61,319 nucleotides of DNA, filler included, from Diploschistes diacapsis (GCA_023645945.1; 9 parts of 9 records of this genome joined end to end with filler, not necessarily neighbours in it), one strand, 5' to 3'; counted from the first letter of the whole stretch, positions 38,794-56,314 are shown. The notes: generated by a model not told the origin, from the sequence alone. Program-made: numbers and translations.

Positions 38794-40797
38794 TTTGCAG
38801 CCGCGGAAGAATTTGCGGCACGGCTGAGGCCGAAGCGGGACGGGAAGGAAAGAAGGGGGTGAGAGTGGTTGCGGAGTAAGCTTCGGAGAACGTGCGCCGG
38901 TCGCCGCATATAAGGCGAAACGGCATGGGACCCTCCCAGAGCTCAGAAACACCTGTGTTCCATCTGAGTAGAAGGCTTGAGTTACTGGTGAATTACTATC
39001 ACGAATCGAGATTCACCACGCGTCAATACATCTACGTTCTTAAGATGTAGTCCACTATGATGCTGGCCTAGCCTAGTGCCTTGGCATCTACTTTCCTCAA
39101 AAGGATCTTCGCTTACGTAACCCAGCCTTATTTCAATCTCCTTCCTATCTAGACCTATTCCATGATCCTATAAGAGACCTACCAGTTCGACTAGCCACTG
39201 ACAGCAAAGTGTGAGCCTCGCACAGCTTAACCGACTCGTCTCAAAGTCCTATCCGAGAGCCATTCAAGGCCCACAAAGCACGCGAACGGGGGCTATGTAC
39301 CAGGATTCTTCCATCTCAAACTCCTCTTGTCCATCCACAAACCTGGCCGGTAGTATCCATACCGAGCAAATCCGTTCACTAACCGCCATCACTCCAAGTC
39401 TCCAACAGGCCGACTTCGTACAGCAACTACCAGTACCTGTTCGCGTAATTCGTAACCCGTCATCAGCTCCCTTGCGCGCCCACCACCACGCACAGCAAAT
39501 AACAATGTCAACATCCCAACCACGGGGATGTTTCAGCCTTCGCAGGGTCACCACACATACACATACACTACACAAAATGTCCCCAACTACAACACGTTGC
39601 AACCGCTCGACCACTCGGAAAGTTCAAGTACATGTAAAAAACCATCCAGGCAAACCCGCTCGGCCCGATCCCCCCCATCCCATCCCATTCNNNNNNNNNN
39701 NNNNNNNNNNNNNNNNNNNNNNNNNNNNNNNNNNTTAATTAATTAANNNNNNNNNNNNNNNNNNNNNNNNNNNNNNNNNNNNNNNNNNNNGGACTGTGCT
39801 TGACGTGAGCCCGGGCTAGTATCGAAGTATCGAGCACTCGAGATAGATAGAAGTGTCTGTTGCGTTCAAAGATGGGATGGGGACAATGATCTGCTACTCA
39901 GCCTTTGGAGAGAGAGATGTTCCTTGTGGGCAAGTTGGATTTTTATATGCCTTCTCCGTATTTGGAATTGAAAGAACATGTATGGCATTTGCTTGCTTAA
40001 TGAGCAGGTAACGCACCGAAAGGCATAAGAGGTGTAGAAGGGTTTCCCCGCGTACGTGATGGCTGAGCCCGGGGAAAGGGAGAGGAGTTGGGGAGCTCCG
40101 CAGTGGAGTGGTTAGCTTGGGGCGCATGCTGGTCATGGCGGCTGTCAATCATAATAGCCGAATGACGTCCAGATTGAAACGGAGATTGGCTTGACTCTAG
40201 ATACTACTTTCTACTCCAACTCCAATTTCAACGTCCATCTCTCCAGCCTGCTTATTGGAGAATCATCTCTTCATTGGTATACGGTACAAAAACTCAGCAA
40301 GTGCTCAAGTGTGGTCTCCAAACACACACTTGCTCGAGTAACTTACGAGGACAGGTTCCGGCGCATCTCGAGATAGTAAGCTTCATCAAAAAGCCATTGC
40401 CAATTTTGCTTCTATCTTGCCGCCAATCTAATCTCGACTATCTAGAGCACTTGTTGCCATCAAAACCCTTTCAAAAATAAGTTTTGTCATTGGTCAAGAA
40501 CCTAGGAGCTCCCCAACTTCCCGTGGTTTCCCAAACCAGATGGCCTACGGGCTGGGACTCCTGGAGCGCTTCAATTACAATATCCAAAGGTGTGCGTATA
40601 GTTCGGTCATATTTTTAACGTGACTGTGTAAAATTGAGGTACCTGGGATGTCAGAATCATCCAATATGTGAACATGCAGATGGGGGGCCTTCCAAGTCAA
40701 GTTCCCAACGCGGCTCTACAGAACCTACCTACGCAATTGAAGCTAACCAAACTGTCCCTAGAACATATCATATCCACAACTCAAGCCTCTAGCAAAC

Positions 40798-43485
<2,688 letters not shown>

Positions 43486-44125
43486 CGGTTGATACCTTTG
43501 TACCGTACATGCATGCCCTCCTATGAATGTGTATCTCGACTTCATACGAAAGCAAGAAGGCGAAGATGACATTCACGAGCGGATGCATCACGACGGGAAC
43601 AATGGAGATGGATACGGTTTGGGCATTTTTAGCAACGTCACGGTGGGACAAGGCACATGGTTAGGCATGTATGCAAGTGGAAACGAAGAGCCGGTCTGAT
43701 GGCGCTCCGGATATCTTGACACATGCAGCTTGGGCGATTGCCTTGTGGTGTGCATACCATTCCGATCTTCGAAAATAATGAAATACATGAACGTTCTGCT
43801 AATTAGTCGCGGGTGGAGAGGAAACATAACACACGTGAGAAGATTACCAAGAGCCCCTTGCCACCAGTGACCCGCTTCAGCACTCCTCCCGCTAAAAGGT
43901 TCATCCCCTTCCCAAGAGAGCTCTCTCGTAAACCTGCACTCGTCCCGCACGATCCCTTCGTTTGACCAACATTTCTCCAAATATCCTACCCGCCCACCTC
44001 AGTATCTATCCCCGACTCTTTCTTCNNNNNNNNNNNNNNNNNNNNNNNNNNNNNNNNNNNNNNNNNNNNTTAATTAATTAANNNNNNNNNNNNNNNNNNN
44101 NNNNNNNNNNNNNNNNNNNNNNNNN

Positions 44126-44640
44126 CGTTGCGACTATTAACTGTTTAATTAGCGTTAGTTATCCGGCTCTGAAATATTTTCCATTTCGTCGTTAAACTTT
44201 TAAATAATCCTATAAGAAAAGAATTTTTTCCGGCCTATAAACATTCTACATATTTTACGAGAACACACTCTTTTGTTTAATAATTAAAAACTGCTGCCGT
44301 TAAATTGTTAGTAGATTTCTTAGAACAGCTAATAAACTTATTATAGAAAACCTAGGGACGCCGTTGCGCCGAGCGATTTTATAAGTCCATAGCGAAAAGG
44401 ATCTAGTATCGAATTTTCCTCTCAATAAGAGCAATCTCAATTATCGAGTATATTTTTACTAAAAAATAAAAACATATATGGAGCTACAATGGATGAAAAT
44501 GGGGAAGGCATTTTGGGTGTAAGAAAGGCGCTTATGGACGTTCAGTTACTAGTGGCCGTCCGGTTACTAGGGACCGTTCGTCTGCTGGGTGCCATTCGGT
44601 TACTAGAGGCCATTCAGTTACTAGGGGCAACACTCTAGTA
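44126..44640 (-). mobile_element. RIP-degraded 5' end of a pogo/Fot1-like (Tc1-mariner) DNA transposon
   Basis: AT-rich; minus-strand HTH-like remnant ARRNGVPR; terminal array of GTTACTAG-containing subrepeats at ~44545-44626. Confidence 0.6.
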
Positions 44641-44999
44641 CACTTGCTAGAGTGACTCGAGTGGGCTCGAGTGGTTTACATTCAATGTTACCTGCGCCCG
44701 ACACAGACAAGAGCTTATGTCTGACACCTGCATCAATTTACCTACGACGCTCTGTCACACGTTACATAGACAGGCTATTTGAGCAATTCGGTGCGTCCCA
44801 CAATCTCTTACTAAAACTACCCAATAAAGTAGGTAGATGCGGCGCTATGCTCTATATTTCCTCATTCAAATATATCAGGTTAGGAATGTCTTTTCCCTTC
44901 CGTTCTGTTGCCGTTACTCGATCTCCCGAGCTTTGTCACACCCCTCTCATCCTTCGGAGCTTTCCCGTTGGGTGACAGTCTCTCGCTGATATAGATATC

Positions 45000-45769
45000 A
45001 TGGCGGCCGCAAACCGCCTCTCCCGTCTTCCTGCGTGGGTGAGCTACTGGCTTGGGTACCGACCGCCTCATGCAAACCAGAACAAGCCATTGCCTCAGTA
45101 TCTCGTGTGTATATGGTCTTTCATTGGTGGTTTCTGTGGTCTCGCCGTGATATCAGCAACATTCGGCCACAGTCAATATTTCGTCGAGCGTCAAGTGCCT
45201 CCCATCGTGGCTTCTTATGTATGTTGCCACCAAATCTTTTGCCTGTCTGGTCTCGATTCAAAACGAACCTAATACTCATACCGCGATAGGGTGCCTCTGC
45301 CGTTCTTTGCTATGGAGCAATCGAGGCTCCTTTCTCACAGCCTCGAGCCCTCATTGGGGGCCATTTCATCAGCGCTCTAGTCGGTCTCTGCATCACAAAG
45401 TTATTCCGTCTCTTGCCTGACGAGCAGTACAGCAACCTCTTATGGCTTATAGCCTCGCTCTGTACAGCTACAGCCATTGTCGTCATGCAGCTAACAAAGA
45501 CAACGCACCCGCCAGCCGGCGCCACCGCTCTCCTACCCGCAACGACTCCGCAAATTTGGGTCATGTCGTGGTACTTCCTGCCTGTCGTTCTACTCTCGTC
45601 AATGTTTGTCTTGGTGACGGCATTGATTATCAACAACATTCAGCGCCGATATCCCGTGTATTGGATTAGTCCATCAGGGTCCAAGCTTGAGATTACTCCA
45701 GCTAAGCGCATCGACAGAGTGGAAGAAATCAATAAAGAAGATACTGCCACCGGGTTAGCGCATAACTAG
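45000..45769 (+). CDS. HPP-family integral membrane protein
   Basis: SYGASAVL across intron ~45219-45289, PFSQPRALIGGH, KTTHPPAGATAL. Confidence 0.9.
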
Positions 45770-47006
45770 TAGACCACCCCGTTGCAGGATCGCTGTGTCG
45801 AATGTTATGATATTGAGTGGAAGGAATGATGAAGTTGATGAGCTACAGAAAGATCTACTGCACCTATATACATATTAGTCACCATGGTGACTACCAGAGT
45901 GAGCAACTGCCATGTTGCACCTTCCTCAAACTTTTGCTTACCTCCTGAGCTTGAGTCAACGAAATTCATAGCTCAGGACAATGAGATTTTATTAATTCGA
46001 AGTATATACGAGTCTTTACCATAGACATCAACCGCAAGCGCTTACGTATAGAACTTGACAGTTTGCCATATAATGGGGACGCGGTTGTCTGAACGAGCCG
46101 TGAGAGGAGGTGCTGTCCGGAGAGAAGAGAGGGGGGAGGAATTTCTTTGACGCTTCTTGTACTTATCCTATGTAGCTTCTGTACATGAGCCTTTGCCATT
46201 TCTACCGATGTATATCCTAACGATTTATTGAAATACAGTATTACATTGGAAGAACCATGCTCGGTAGCGACTGAGTGGCATACCGTTACATATATGCATC
46301 AACAAAAGCAAAGGCGAGATTAGAGAGGAGTTGGTAAGGACAGTGGAGACGGGTCACCGTGCCCTATAAGTAAAAGCTTCAGGGAGAGGGAGGAAAGAAG
46401 CCAGGTTTGGCATGGAAAATATCCCGAATCCAGTTAAGTTCGCGATAGGATTTCAATAGATGGGATGAGATCTGTGGATTCCAATTAAATTCCATGACTG
46501 GTTTGACATTTACTGGCTCTTGCTGAGCCTATCGTTCCACATTCCTCGCCGATCGCACGGACTTATATTTCCTTTGCTGTCAATATAATCAATACAATAC
46601 AACACAGAACTGATCCGATCTTGAGGCCAATATGACATTTTATAGCAGCCTGCCTGATAGTAATGTCTACGTCGGCTCGTCTTGGGTTGCAGATACTTCT
46701 GACTCTCTCGGCCTTATCTTCGTGTTCCTTCATTACAGCTGCATGTTCGGCGTTCATCTACATCGCCTCTACCTTTCTAGCTTCCGCAAACTTGATTACA
46801 TTAAACCACGGTAAGTTCATGGAGCACAGTACTACCACGCCGCCCGCTACGAAGCATATACCATGACGTTGGTCACGGCACGTGTATAGATGGCCTACAG
46901 CGCTACGAAGATACGGGGCTGGTCGCGAAACGGGAGAATGCTCGTTGCACCCTGCTCGCTGACGACAGTGTCGGGCGAGACCTGCAGGATTTCTGCGGGA
47001 ATCACT

Positions 47007-48358
47007 TGTCAGAATATTAACCTAAATAGGTTAGTCAGATTGCTTATTAAGATTTTAGTATGTTCGAATACTTTAAAAGGTTCTAGAAGGTTCTAAAAGG
47101 TTCTAGAATATTCTAAAACATAATAAAATATCATCGAAGATTATCGAATATTCTAGAATATTTTAGAATTTTCGGCTTATTAATACATGAAATGATTTAG
47201 AAGGATAAGGAACATTCTAAATTAAATTGTTATTAATTATATTAGCGTGAAATGTGTTTATAAAAGGCCTTTTACTTTCTAACTTTTATATAGTGGGGTC
47301 TTAAAAGTAGTTAGGTATTGTTATAATCCGAGGTTCTTATTTCGTCACGTCCCAGCCATACTTCGTATATAATTTAATTATAATGACGTCGGTCACGTGA
47401 TTCATTGATTACTTGAATTTATTTTAATAAACGGCGAGTAAAGATCGTTACCCGCTCGAAGATCGCGTTTATTTAATAAGCGATAATGTGGTAATCGTTG
47501 GGCTTGCTGGTAGATCGCTTGAGGTTGTTATTAGGATTACTGGTAGCAAGTAATGCCGACCTCGCTTGCTGAGACGATATCTATAACGATGCCGCTTGGC
47601 ATCTTATGTACATAAATAGATTTTCGTTCCCACTTAACTACAATCTACACTCACTTCTCACATTTTAATTTTACAAATGATTTGCACGCCAATTTAATAA
47701 TAACGATTTTGGGTTTAAATCCTCTAATCCTAATATTAATTAACATTAAGAAAACATAATCTTTTATTTAATCTAACGATTTAAATCAGCGTTCGTTCCA
47801 AAGCTCGGGCTTTAAAGAACTTACTCTTTTCTTCTTACTTCAGCCCCGCATTGCATTCTATTATTAAAAAATTTTACTTTCCCTATAAACGATCGGAAAA
47901 CCACTATTAAAAAACAATTATATAAATTCGAGCATCTCGCCTATTTCTTTATCTAATTATCTAACTTAATTATTTATACACTCCCTTTATTAGAGCAGCA
48001 GATTTTATTAACGGTATTTTCAGAACTGAACTAACTACCGATCTAAAACACCTATTATAATAAACCTACGATTAAACTCGAGGATTAAGACAGAATCAAG
48101 CGGGAAAACAATTTTCCTTTAATTTTAAAAATTTAAAATTGCCTATATCGAATTTAGAATCACGAGATAACCTTAATATCATAATTCGAAAAGCGATAAG
48201 ATTACCTTTGTACTTAAAAAATAAGAACAACGTCCCGGGTTTAGAACTTTACCACGAGGCTATACGCTAAATCTTAAAAAACTACGAACCACCTTCACAT
48301 ATTAAACAATTAAAATAAGAGTTTAAAAAAAATACGTCCTAAAGAAGTAACGACAGAC
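47007..48358 (+). mobile_element. RIP-degraded LTR retrotransposon relics (LTR-like repeat from 47007, possible second LTR ~47319-47660, decayed internal sequence)
   Basis: TG start, similarity to 30692-31015 and 11725, very AT-rich and TpA-rich, no long ORF. Confidence 0.65.
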
Positions 48359-49047
48359 NNNNNNNNNNNNNNNNNNNNNNNNNNNNNNNNNNNNNNNNNN
48401 NNTTAATTAATTAANNNNNNNNNNNNNNNNNNNNNNNNNNNNNNNNNNNNNNNNNNNNGAGGGAAGAAAAAAATATGATAGAGCTGGGTCGGTGAGTGGA
48501 TTGGTATCTTTGGTGGAGATCGGTGTGTGGACGGGAAGGGAGGGGAGGGGTTTGCTGTATAGGTACGGCATTGTGGTACTGATCGTCGTGTCCAGTATCT
48601 TGTATATGGATGGTCCACGCAAGCATGTATACGGCGTTTGGAATAGCGATGGCCATTCACCTTCTTATATTTGTGAATCAAGTCTCTCGATGCAAGCTCG
48701 CGCCTCCCGTTAATACATACATACGGGGAGGGATGACCGAACACTCATTATTATAGTAGGTGCCGAGCAGATCCCCACACTGCTCAGCTGCAAGACTCTT
48801 TTATCTATCAAGCTTGCCCATGTCCGCGACCAGCGGTGCCGTTTCCATGCAATCTCCCCAAAACATCAAACGCCTGTTGTGAGCCTTCTGCCGAGTCGGT
48901 CGGCTCCAGTGGTTCCCTGTACAGCTGCCTTGGTGCCCCCTCCCCCCCCTATAATATCCCATTTCCAGCCCGTCATAAAAAGCAATATGCACAGTAGAAT
49001 CCCCCACCACTTTGCTATCTCCTCCTACTGCCGTTACATCCACGATA

Positions 49048-50583
49048 CTAGTTGTTCTTGCTGAACCTGCGCATGAGCCAACTCTTTCGCTTCTCGCCGG
49101 TGCCCGGATGCGGGGCCGCAGCCTGCGGAGGCTGTATCTCCTGGAGGGGTACAGTGGGACGCCTTTGCAGCGTATTGACCTTGGCACCGCCGTCGGAAAA
49201 ATGAGGGGGAGGGGGAGGAGGCATCTCCTGGTGGCGTGGCGGTTGAGGACGACGGTCGAAACCGTTTGGGCCCGGCCCGTACGCCACATGATCTGGACCA
49301 TTCTCGAAACCATTCGGTGCGCCACCAAACCCGGAGAACCCATACTGCTCGCCGAGATCCGGCTTTGGCGGCGGCGGCGGCTGTTGCTGGAATCTTTCGA
49401 CCGAGCTTGCTTCGCTGCTGGGGTCCGTCGAATTAGACCAAGGCTCCACTCCGTGACTGCCGCCCGAGCTTGAGCCCTGAGTCGCCGTGTCATAGGCCGG
49501 TTGATGGTGGTTCCTCCTCTGGCTGCTATACATCATCCCGTTACCGTTGTGCCCGTACATGATAGGGTCGGAGCTGTTTCGAGGTCCAAAGGTACGGCGT
49601 TGACTGCCAAACGGCATGGGCGAACGTCGATTTCCGGGCCCGTGCGGATCGACGAGGCTTTCTGGGCGGCTATGCGCCATTCTGTTGCCATGGTGGCTGC
49701 CCTCGCCGGGAAATCGCTGAGCATAATTATTGTTCACGCCTAAATCAAGAGATAGGAGATCAGCGATGTACGCAAGAGCCTAAATTAGAAGCAAAGTCTG
49801 CATAAAAAGGTCCGGAAAAACACGATTGAGCTACCTGTAGCCTGTTATTCGTGTGCCGTCTTTTCTGAGTCTTTATAGACACAGATGCCGTCTTCTTCTT
49901 ACAAGGCTGCGCTGGTATGTGCACTCCCGGAGCAACAAGGTGGCTGGGCTGTGAAAATTGCAGGGATGAGGAATTGTTTTACCTGGATAGTAGCTGCTAG
50001 GTCTACTTTGTGCTGGACTCGTAGGCTCTGCCAAATCGGTTAGCTTTGCATGCCTCTCGGTTGAAAACTCTGCCACCCAAGTACCTGTGACCCTCGACAT
50101 CCTCCTCTGATTGTAACTTCCATCGATTGCAGCTTCGAAAGAACGAATGGTGTCGAGCGGACGTTCGAGACGAGGTCGAGTAGGGTTCGAACGATCGGGA
50201 TCAGCTACGGTTTATCAGAACAACTCCTGCAAATCCATTGCCAGTAATCCTACTTATTGGATTGCCAAACTGATCATTAAAGGCCATCCCCCGAAGATTC
50301 GACTGCATCGTCGGCTCTTGGAGAGCTTGGGCCACTACGCACGAGCACGTCAGCAGTTGGACTGAAAGGCCTGTGTCGCTGGTGAAGAATTACCGGGCTC
50401 AAGCTCGCCAACGGCGACGTTCGGGTTTGCCTTGGAAGTCATTCTCTTGTGATTCTTGTCTTTGGCAGCATCCGCGAGGTCTGCTCTGGTGACCTTGGGC
50501 ACAGTATTAGAATTTCTGCGGCCTCCGAAGCTCAGCATCGACGTCGACCTGGGCCGAGAATTTTTGGATGGGCTAGACACCAT
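49048..50583 (-). CDS. DUF2406-like conserved fungal protein, multi-exon
   Basis: SKANPNVAVGELEP and DPDRSNPTRPRLERPLDTIRSFEAAIDG in spliced exons; C-terminal EKRKSWLMRRFSKNN. Confidence 0.75.
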
Positions 50584-51132
50584 GGCGCCGGAAAAGCAGG
50601 ACAACGATGGAACACTCCCTGTACGGTTCGTGTTGGGCCCAGCGGTTGTTGGGAGCTCTAACGTGGCATTAAGTGCGGTATGAATTCATGCAGCGAGTGT
50701 GGATGACGGCATCCGACGAAGCGAGTGCAGGCCGAGTTGGGAGTTGGAGTCGGACGACAATTAGACGCAACTCGAGGGAGGACAGAACGCAATTGAAAGA
50801 ATAAAGGATGATCAATGAAGCAGCAAAAATATTAAACAGCTTAACAAAGAATGTTGAACGAGTGGGGGATGGATGGAAGTGTTGTTGAACTGAACGCAGA
50901 GTTTAACTGAAGAGGTTGGGGTTTATTGGGTTATGGGGTGAAAAAATGCATTATGTAGGAGCTAAGGAGGTTTAGGAGGGCGATAACGATAAGATGAAGA
51001 GATAGATCCGCTGAAGCCGCTGGGGGGGAGACTGGGGGGAGACTGGGGTCTGCTTGCTTAGCCGTTTGGTCGCATCTACTTTGTACCTAGTAGGATTTGC
51101 TAGGGCCGACCGGGTGTTGATCCGATAGGTAA

Positions 51133-51298
51133 TATTACTATTATTACTACTAGTACTACTAGTACTACTAGTACTACTACTACTACTACTACTACTAACA
51201 CTACTACCACTACTACTATTACTACTACTAATATTACTACTACTAATATTACTACTACTGTTACTATTACTGCCACCACTACCACTACTACTACTATA
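51133..51298. repeat. Degenerate (TAC)n trinucleotide microsatellite
   Basis: About 165 bp of TAC/TAG/TAA/CAC triplets. Confidence 0.95.
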
Positions 51299-51699
51299 AT
51301 CCATACTCCCGTAACTAATGTGTGCTTACGTAAATAGCCATCACCCGGTCTCTGTTGCTCAGCATCCGAGTACACTGTAAAACTATGAATTCAATTTGCA
51401 GCTCTGCCATGAGTGGCTGGCAGGCTGTGGCACGGGGTTTGTAGAGGGGTTTCCTGCATTGATTCTCTCTTTTCTTTTTATTGCACATATGAAAAGCTCT
51501 AGTACCAGCATTCTGTACTACAAGGGCGTTGAGAGCATCAACTGGCCGTAATGAGCTCCGTAGCCAATCAGATAGGAACTCGTATTGAAGCTTGGTCGTG
51601 GTGCATTGGTGGTGGTGGTGGTGGGTTTCGGACGCTTGCGGTCCCAACGCACGGGCAGTAACGCGCCACTTCTTGAATACGACCGATGAGACTGATCGC

Positions 51700-51750
51700 T
51701 GTCTCTTGTCTCTTGTCTCTTGTCTCTTGGTCTCTTGTCTCTTGTCTCTC
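51700..51750. repeat. (TGTCTCT)n heptamer repeat
   Basis: About 6 tandem units, one imperfect. Confidence 0.85.
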
Positions 51751-53209
51751 TTTCTTGGTAATACTTAGGACCGCAAGATTCGTGGCGAGACAGATGGAGA
51801 TGCTCGGTAGGTACCGGCGAACTGTATTTATACATTATAACAGCCAAAAAAGATATGCTTGTGCTGGATATTACATGTTTCTTCCGGCAATTGCCAAGCA
51901 AGCCAAGTAAGCCAAGCTTTGACTTAGCCAATTACCTAATTACCTAATCCAGCAATTGAAGTTCAAGCAGATAAGACTTTCCCGTATAGACCAATGAAGA
52001 CATACGACTATTCAGAAACAACCGTCTTTTACCTCCTGCAATATCATGAGACTGTTGTTTTTCTTTCTCCTTCTTGCCTTACTTTATCCGACTAAACTGG
52101 TCTGTCGCAGGCTTTGAACATAGTATCGGACATTGAACTGGCACACGCATACTAAGATTATTGCAGCGCGTGACTGAGTGACTGGTATTGCGGCTGAAAC
52201 AAGACACCTTGACAAGCAACCTACCTATTGCTTGCCTGTTTGATTATTAAATTAAGCAGTCTATCTTGCATTGACACTATGATTAAATAGAGCCCCAGTA
52301 TGGCTGCTATCACGCCACGATTTGACTTTGAGTACAAAAAGTAAGTGAGAAACTATAACCTTAAATTAACATAACCTTAAATTAACATGAACAATGGTTT
52401 CTATATTCAACGCATATTACCTTTCTCGAAAGTACTTGTGAGCTCAATGATTCAAGATGATTAACCTCAGATATGCCACAGCATCTAGGAAGAAGATGTC
52501 CCTCAATGCATCAAGATCAAATGAGACACAAGACAAGACTTCCCGGAGCCAGCGGTCAAAACGCCCTCATCCACTAGTTGGACAGGAAGTAACACCAACC
52601 AAAATGTGCTCCGCCAGAGAACCCCCTGCTCAAGCACATCTGCATCGCCGACCCCTCCGCCCACCCCCTTCAACAACAGACCCCACATCNNNNNNNNNNN
52701 NNNNNNNNNNNNNNNNNNNNNNNNNNNNNNNNNTTAATTAATTAANNNNNNNNNNNNNNNNNNNNNNNNNNNNNNNNNNNNNNNNNNNNCATCTCCTCTA
52801 CAAGCTCTCTTCCTATTTATTACATTTGAAATGAATGAGCCAAAACAACAATCGATCCCGCGCTGGTGGTAGCCCATCACTCTGGTTCCGCTCCCTCCCC
52901 TCCGCAATCCGTATACTGTAGGTAGCTAGCAAGGGTTCCGTGAAGGGATGCGGAAACAGGCGATCACGATCACAAGTAGTATATGTAATGGAGCACAGGG
53001 TTGAACTCGTGAGCGGGAAAGCAGATCGTATTAGCATGGCCGAATTTCATCGCTGTAGAAAGTAGCACGAGCAGTAATAGGGTGTATCGAAGCAGAGGAA
53101 AAAAAGCATGTGCAGCAGAGGACGCCATCACGCCAGGCCAGCCTCAGCATCATCAGCCCGTGGGCGTCTATGAGAAGCGTTGACAGTTTCCCCGTTATAA
53201 GCCATGGTT

Positions 53210-55538
53210 TCATGAGTTCACCCTCGAATAAGCCTCATCCACATGCTTCTGGTAGGTACTCAAAATCTTCTTCCTTTGAATCTTCTGCGCCGCGGTCGTA
53301 AATCCCTGTTGAGTATTCGTCAGTGGCCGCCATCTCTTAACCCAGATTGACTCTTCAAAAAGAGGGGAGACTCACATTCTGGGGCGTCCATTCCTCGTCA
53401 GCTAGCACCACGCCAACAATGATCTCAAAGGACGCGAGGCCTCCCTGTTTACCCGCCGTCTGGAGCTCTTGGAGAACAGCGTCCTGGACTTTACGCTCGT
53501 TCACGAGCTCCTCGAGACTCTCACCCTTGATGTCCTGTTGCTCAGCGAGCTTCTTGAGCGGGGGCTCGGTGGGGACAATGATGGCGATGGGCCTACTTTG
53601 CTCAGGGGAGGCATAGACGCAAATGTTGCTGACGAGCTTGGAGGAGCGGTATATTGACTCAAGCTACGCAATTGTGAGTCGAATCCGCTTAATTGTAAAG
53701 GAGGGAGGAGATTGCTACCTTTTCTAGTGCAATATACTCTCCATTCTGCGTCTTGACCAGGTTCTTCTTACGATCGATCAAGCGCAGGTGTCCATTAGCG
53801 TCGAATTCGCCAATGTCACCAGTCTTGAACCACCCGTCCTCGGTGATCGCCTCCTGCGTCTCCTTCTCGTTCTCGAAGTACTTCTCCAGCACAGACGGAC
53901 CGCGGATCCAAACCTCGCCCTGTGCAGGCTTGTTTGTGGAGAGGTAGCCCGCATCTGCGAAGTCCACGAGTTTGACTTCGATGCAAGCTGGTATGCCTCC
54001 CAAGGCCTGATCTGTCCACTCCATCGGGTCCATCAAAGCCCCCATTGCTGTTGTCTCAGTTAGGCCGTAGCCGGAGATCATGGGGCATACAGCCATCGAG
54101 ATGAAGCGTTGTGTAGCATTCGAGATTGGCCCACCACCGTTCATGCACACCTTCATGCAGCCGCCGGTGGCTTCCTTGACTTTTTTGAAAACTAGTGCAT
54201 CCAGTAGCCCGCTGCCGGGAATGCCGTTTGACATCATGAAGCTTTTGGCAGCAAGCGCCCCCCAAAAAAGATGCCGTACTATCGGGCTGCCCGATTCGAC
54301 CTTCGCTACGATACCTTTCTTGACCGATTCCCAGACAGCCGGCACTCCTAGCAGGATGGTGGGCTTAAACTCCCGAATGTCACCCTTACAGTTTTTGACC
54401 GAGGCGTCCGATAGGGTCTTTGGGTTTCCGTAGCCCATTGTAACGCCCCAATAGAGGAAGGCGTTTTCTACCACATATTCCAAGATATGCGCCGTGGGCA
54501 GGTAGGTAAGGAGTCGATCGCCTGGTGCAAAGTATTCGCCAACGATTGTGGTGACACCAGCAACTGTAGCCATCAGCTTGGGAATAAAATCGCCAGATTG
54601 GGAACCACCTACCTGCTGCAATTGCGGCCTTGTGCTTAATAGGTACGCCCTTGGGCGTACCGGTCGAACCGGAGGTGTACATGATGCAGCAAAGATCTTC
54701 TGGCTGTGGTGGGACCGGATCAACCATTTTCTCCTCACCGGACTTTCTCAGCTCTTCAAAACTTATCACCCTGACATGTTCGAAATCATTCCTGAGCTTG
54801 TTTAACACGTCCTGTTTTACGTCACCGTCGTCGTTGTAGATGATAGTCTTCAGATCTGGTGTATCCTTCAGGCAGCTGGAGAGTGTCTTTAGTAGCTGCG
54901 GCTCGGTATATATCGCATTGGCTTTGGTCTGCTTCAGCGAATGCCGTAGACCTTCCTCTCCAAGAGTATCGTACGCTGTGGCGATGGGTATCGACTGCGA
55001 TAGAGCACCGTGTGACGTTGCAAGCCAGCGGGGGCTACGATAGCGGTGAGCAGAGAATGTAGAAAACAGCTGACGCTTACCTCGTGGTGGCGAAGATATG
55101 CAATACAGTATCTCTGTTGAGACCGAGTCCCGCGAGCCCCGAGCCTACCTGCAGCGTTAATCTTTCGTACTCGACGTAGCTCATGTAGTTGTAGTGTCCG
55201 AGCTCAAAATAGGTCCACTTCTTTTCTACATCTTTCATCTGGCCATCAACGTTCTTCTTCACCATTTTGGTCTCCTGGTGCGTCTTGATCGTTTTCCGCC
55301 ATCCGAGGGCTTTTGCATTGCCATAGTGTTCTGAGGCGTACTTAATTAGGTCGAAGAGGGTGGAGATGGACGGGTCTGGGGTCTCTACGATCTTGTCCTT
55401 TGCGACAGGATGCCGCCTTGGAATGGTTTCGCCTTCGACTTTGGAGTATCCTGATGCTTCGACAGTGAACGGGCCCCGTTTCGCCATTTGAGGGTAGATT
55501 GGCTTATCCTGGCTCGCACCTAACTTCACCGCCGCCAT
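53210..55538 (-). CDS. Long-chain fatty-acyl-CoA synthetase (Faa1/Lcf1-like)
   Basis: YTSGSTGTPKG, YLPTAHILE, GYGLTET, GWFKTGDIGEF, IDRKKNLVKTQNGEYIALEK, EEWTPQNGFTTAAQK; 4 introns. Confidence 0.93.
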
Positions 55539-56314
55539 GTTTGCTGTACGCTCGTGTTGATCTGGGGTAAAAAAAAGAATAAAGTTCGCAAGCAATACAA
55601 AAGGGGAAGAGAAATTGGAGATGGTTCAATTTATGGGGGACAGTCAGGTAGGTAGAGCAGTATGAAGAGGAAGAGCTATGGCACTCGTTAGTCGTTTTGT
55701 GCCAGCAAATTCTGACGAATGATCTCAGACGTCACCGTGTTCAACGTTCACACCTCTCAGCTCAGCCCTACGGCAATGATCAACGCTCGCTCACAACCGC
55801 TGTCTGTCTTCCGATCTCTGCTTTATCAGAATTGTCGGATCCCTCGACGAACCGTGGTATTACAATCTTACATACGTACGCAATTTTTAAAGGAAACCGA
55901 GGTAGAGGTACGGCTTTCCCAACTTCTCAAGTGTTGCTTGGTCGTGCTGCATGTTGATTTCTTTATCCTTGGTACTTACATTGTGGGTCTATAAATCCTG
56001 TGTTGTCGAGTCTGAAGGAAGGAGGGGAAGGGGCCGAAAGACTTGTCTCAATGCAAATATACAATGCCTGCAGCCATATTTGAAGAACTGGTCGTGCTTT
56101 TTGTGCAGTAATAAATGCATTTTGCCTTGATGGGTCTTTCATCGAGTACCTCCCGGACTCTTCTCTTCTAATTTTGTTTCATCTGCGGGATCATCGCATG
56201 CTTAGCTTGCTGGGACTTACACTTGAGATCTATTGCCGCACTTACTACCCTTCCAGGATCCAATAAAGCACCTAGATATTTCCATTTCACCGTCCCGGCG
56301 GACCCATTCGTCCT

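Noticed and set aside
50972..51375. Poly-Ser and poly-Val ORFs
   Set aside because: Translations of the (TAC)n microsatellite
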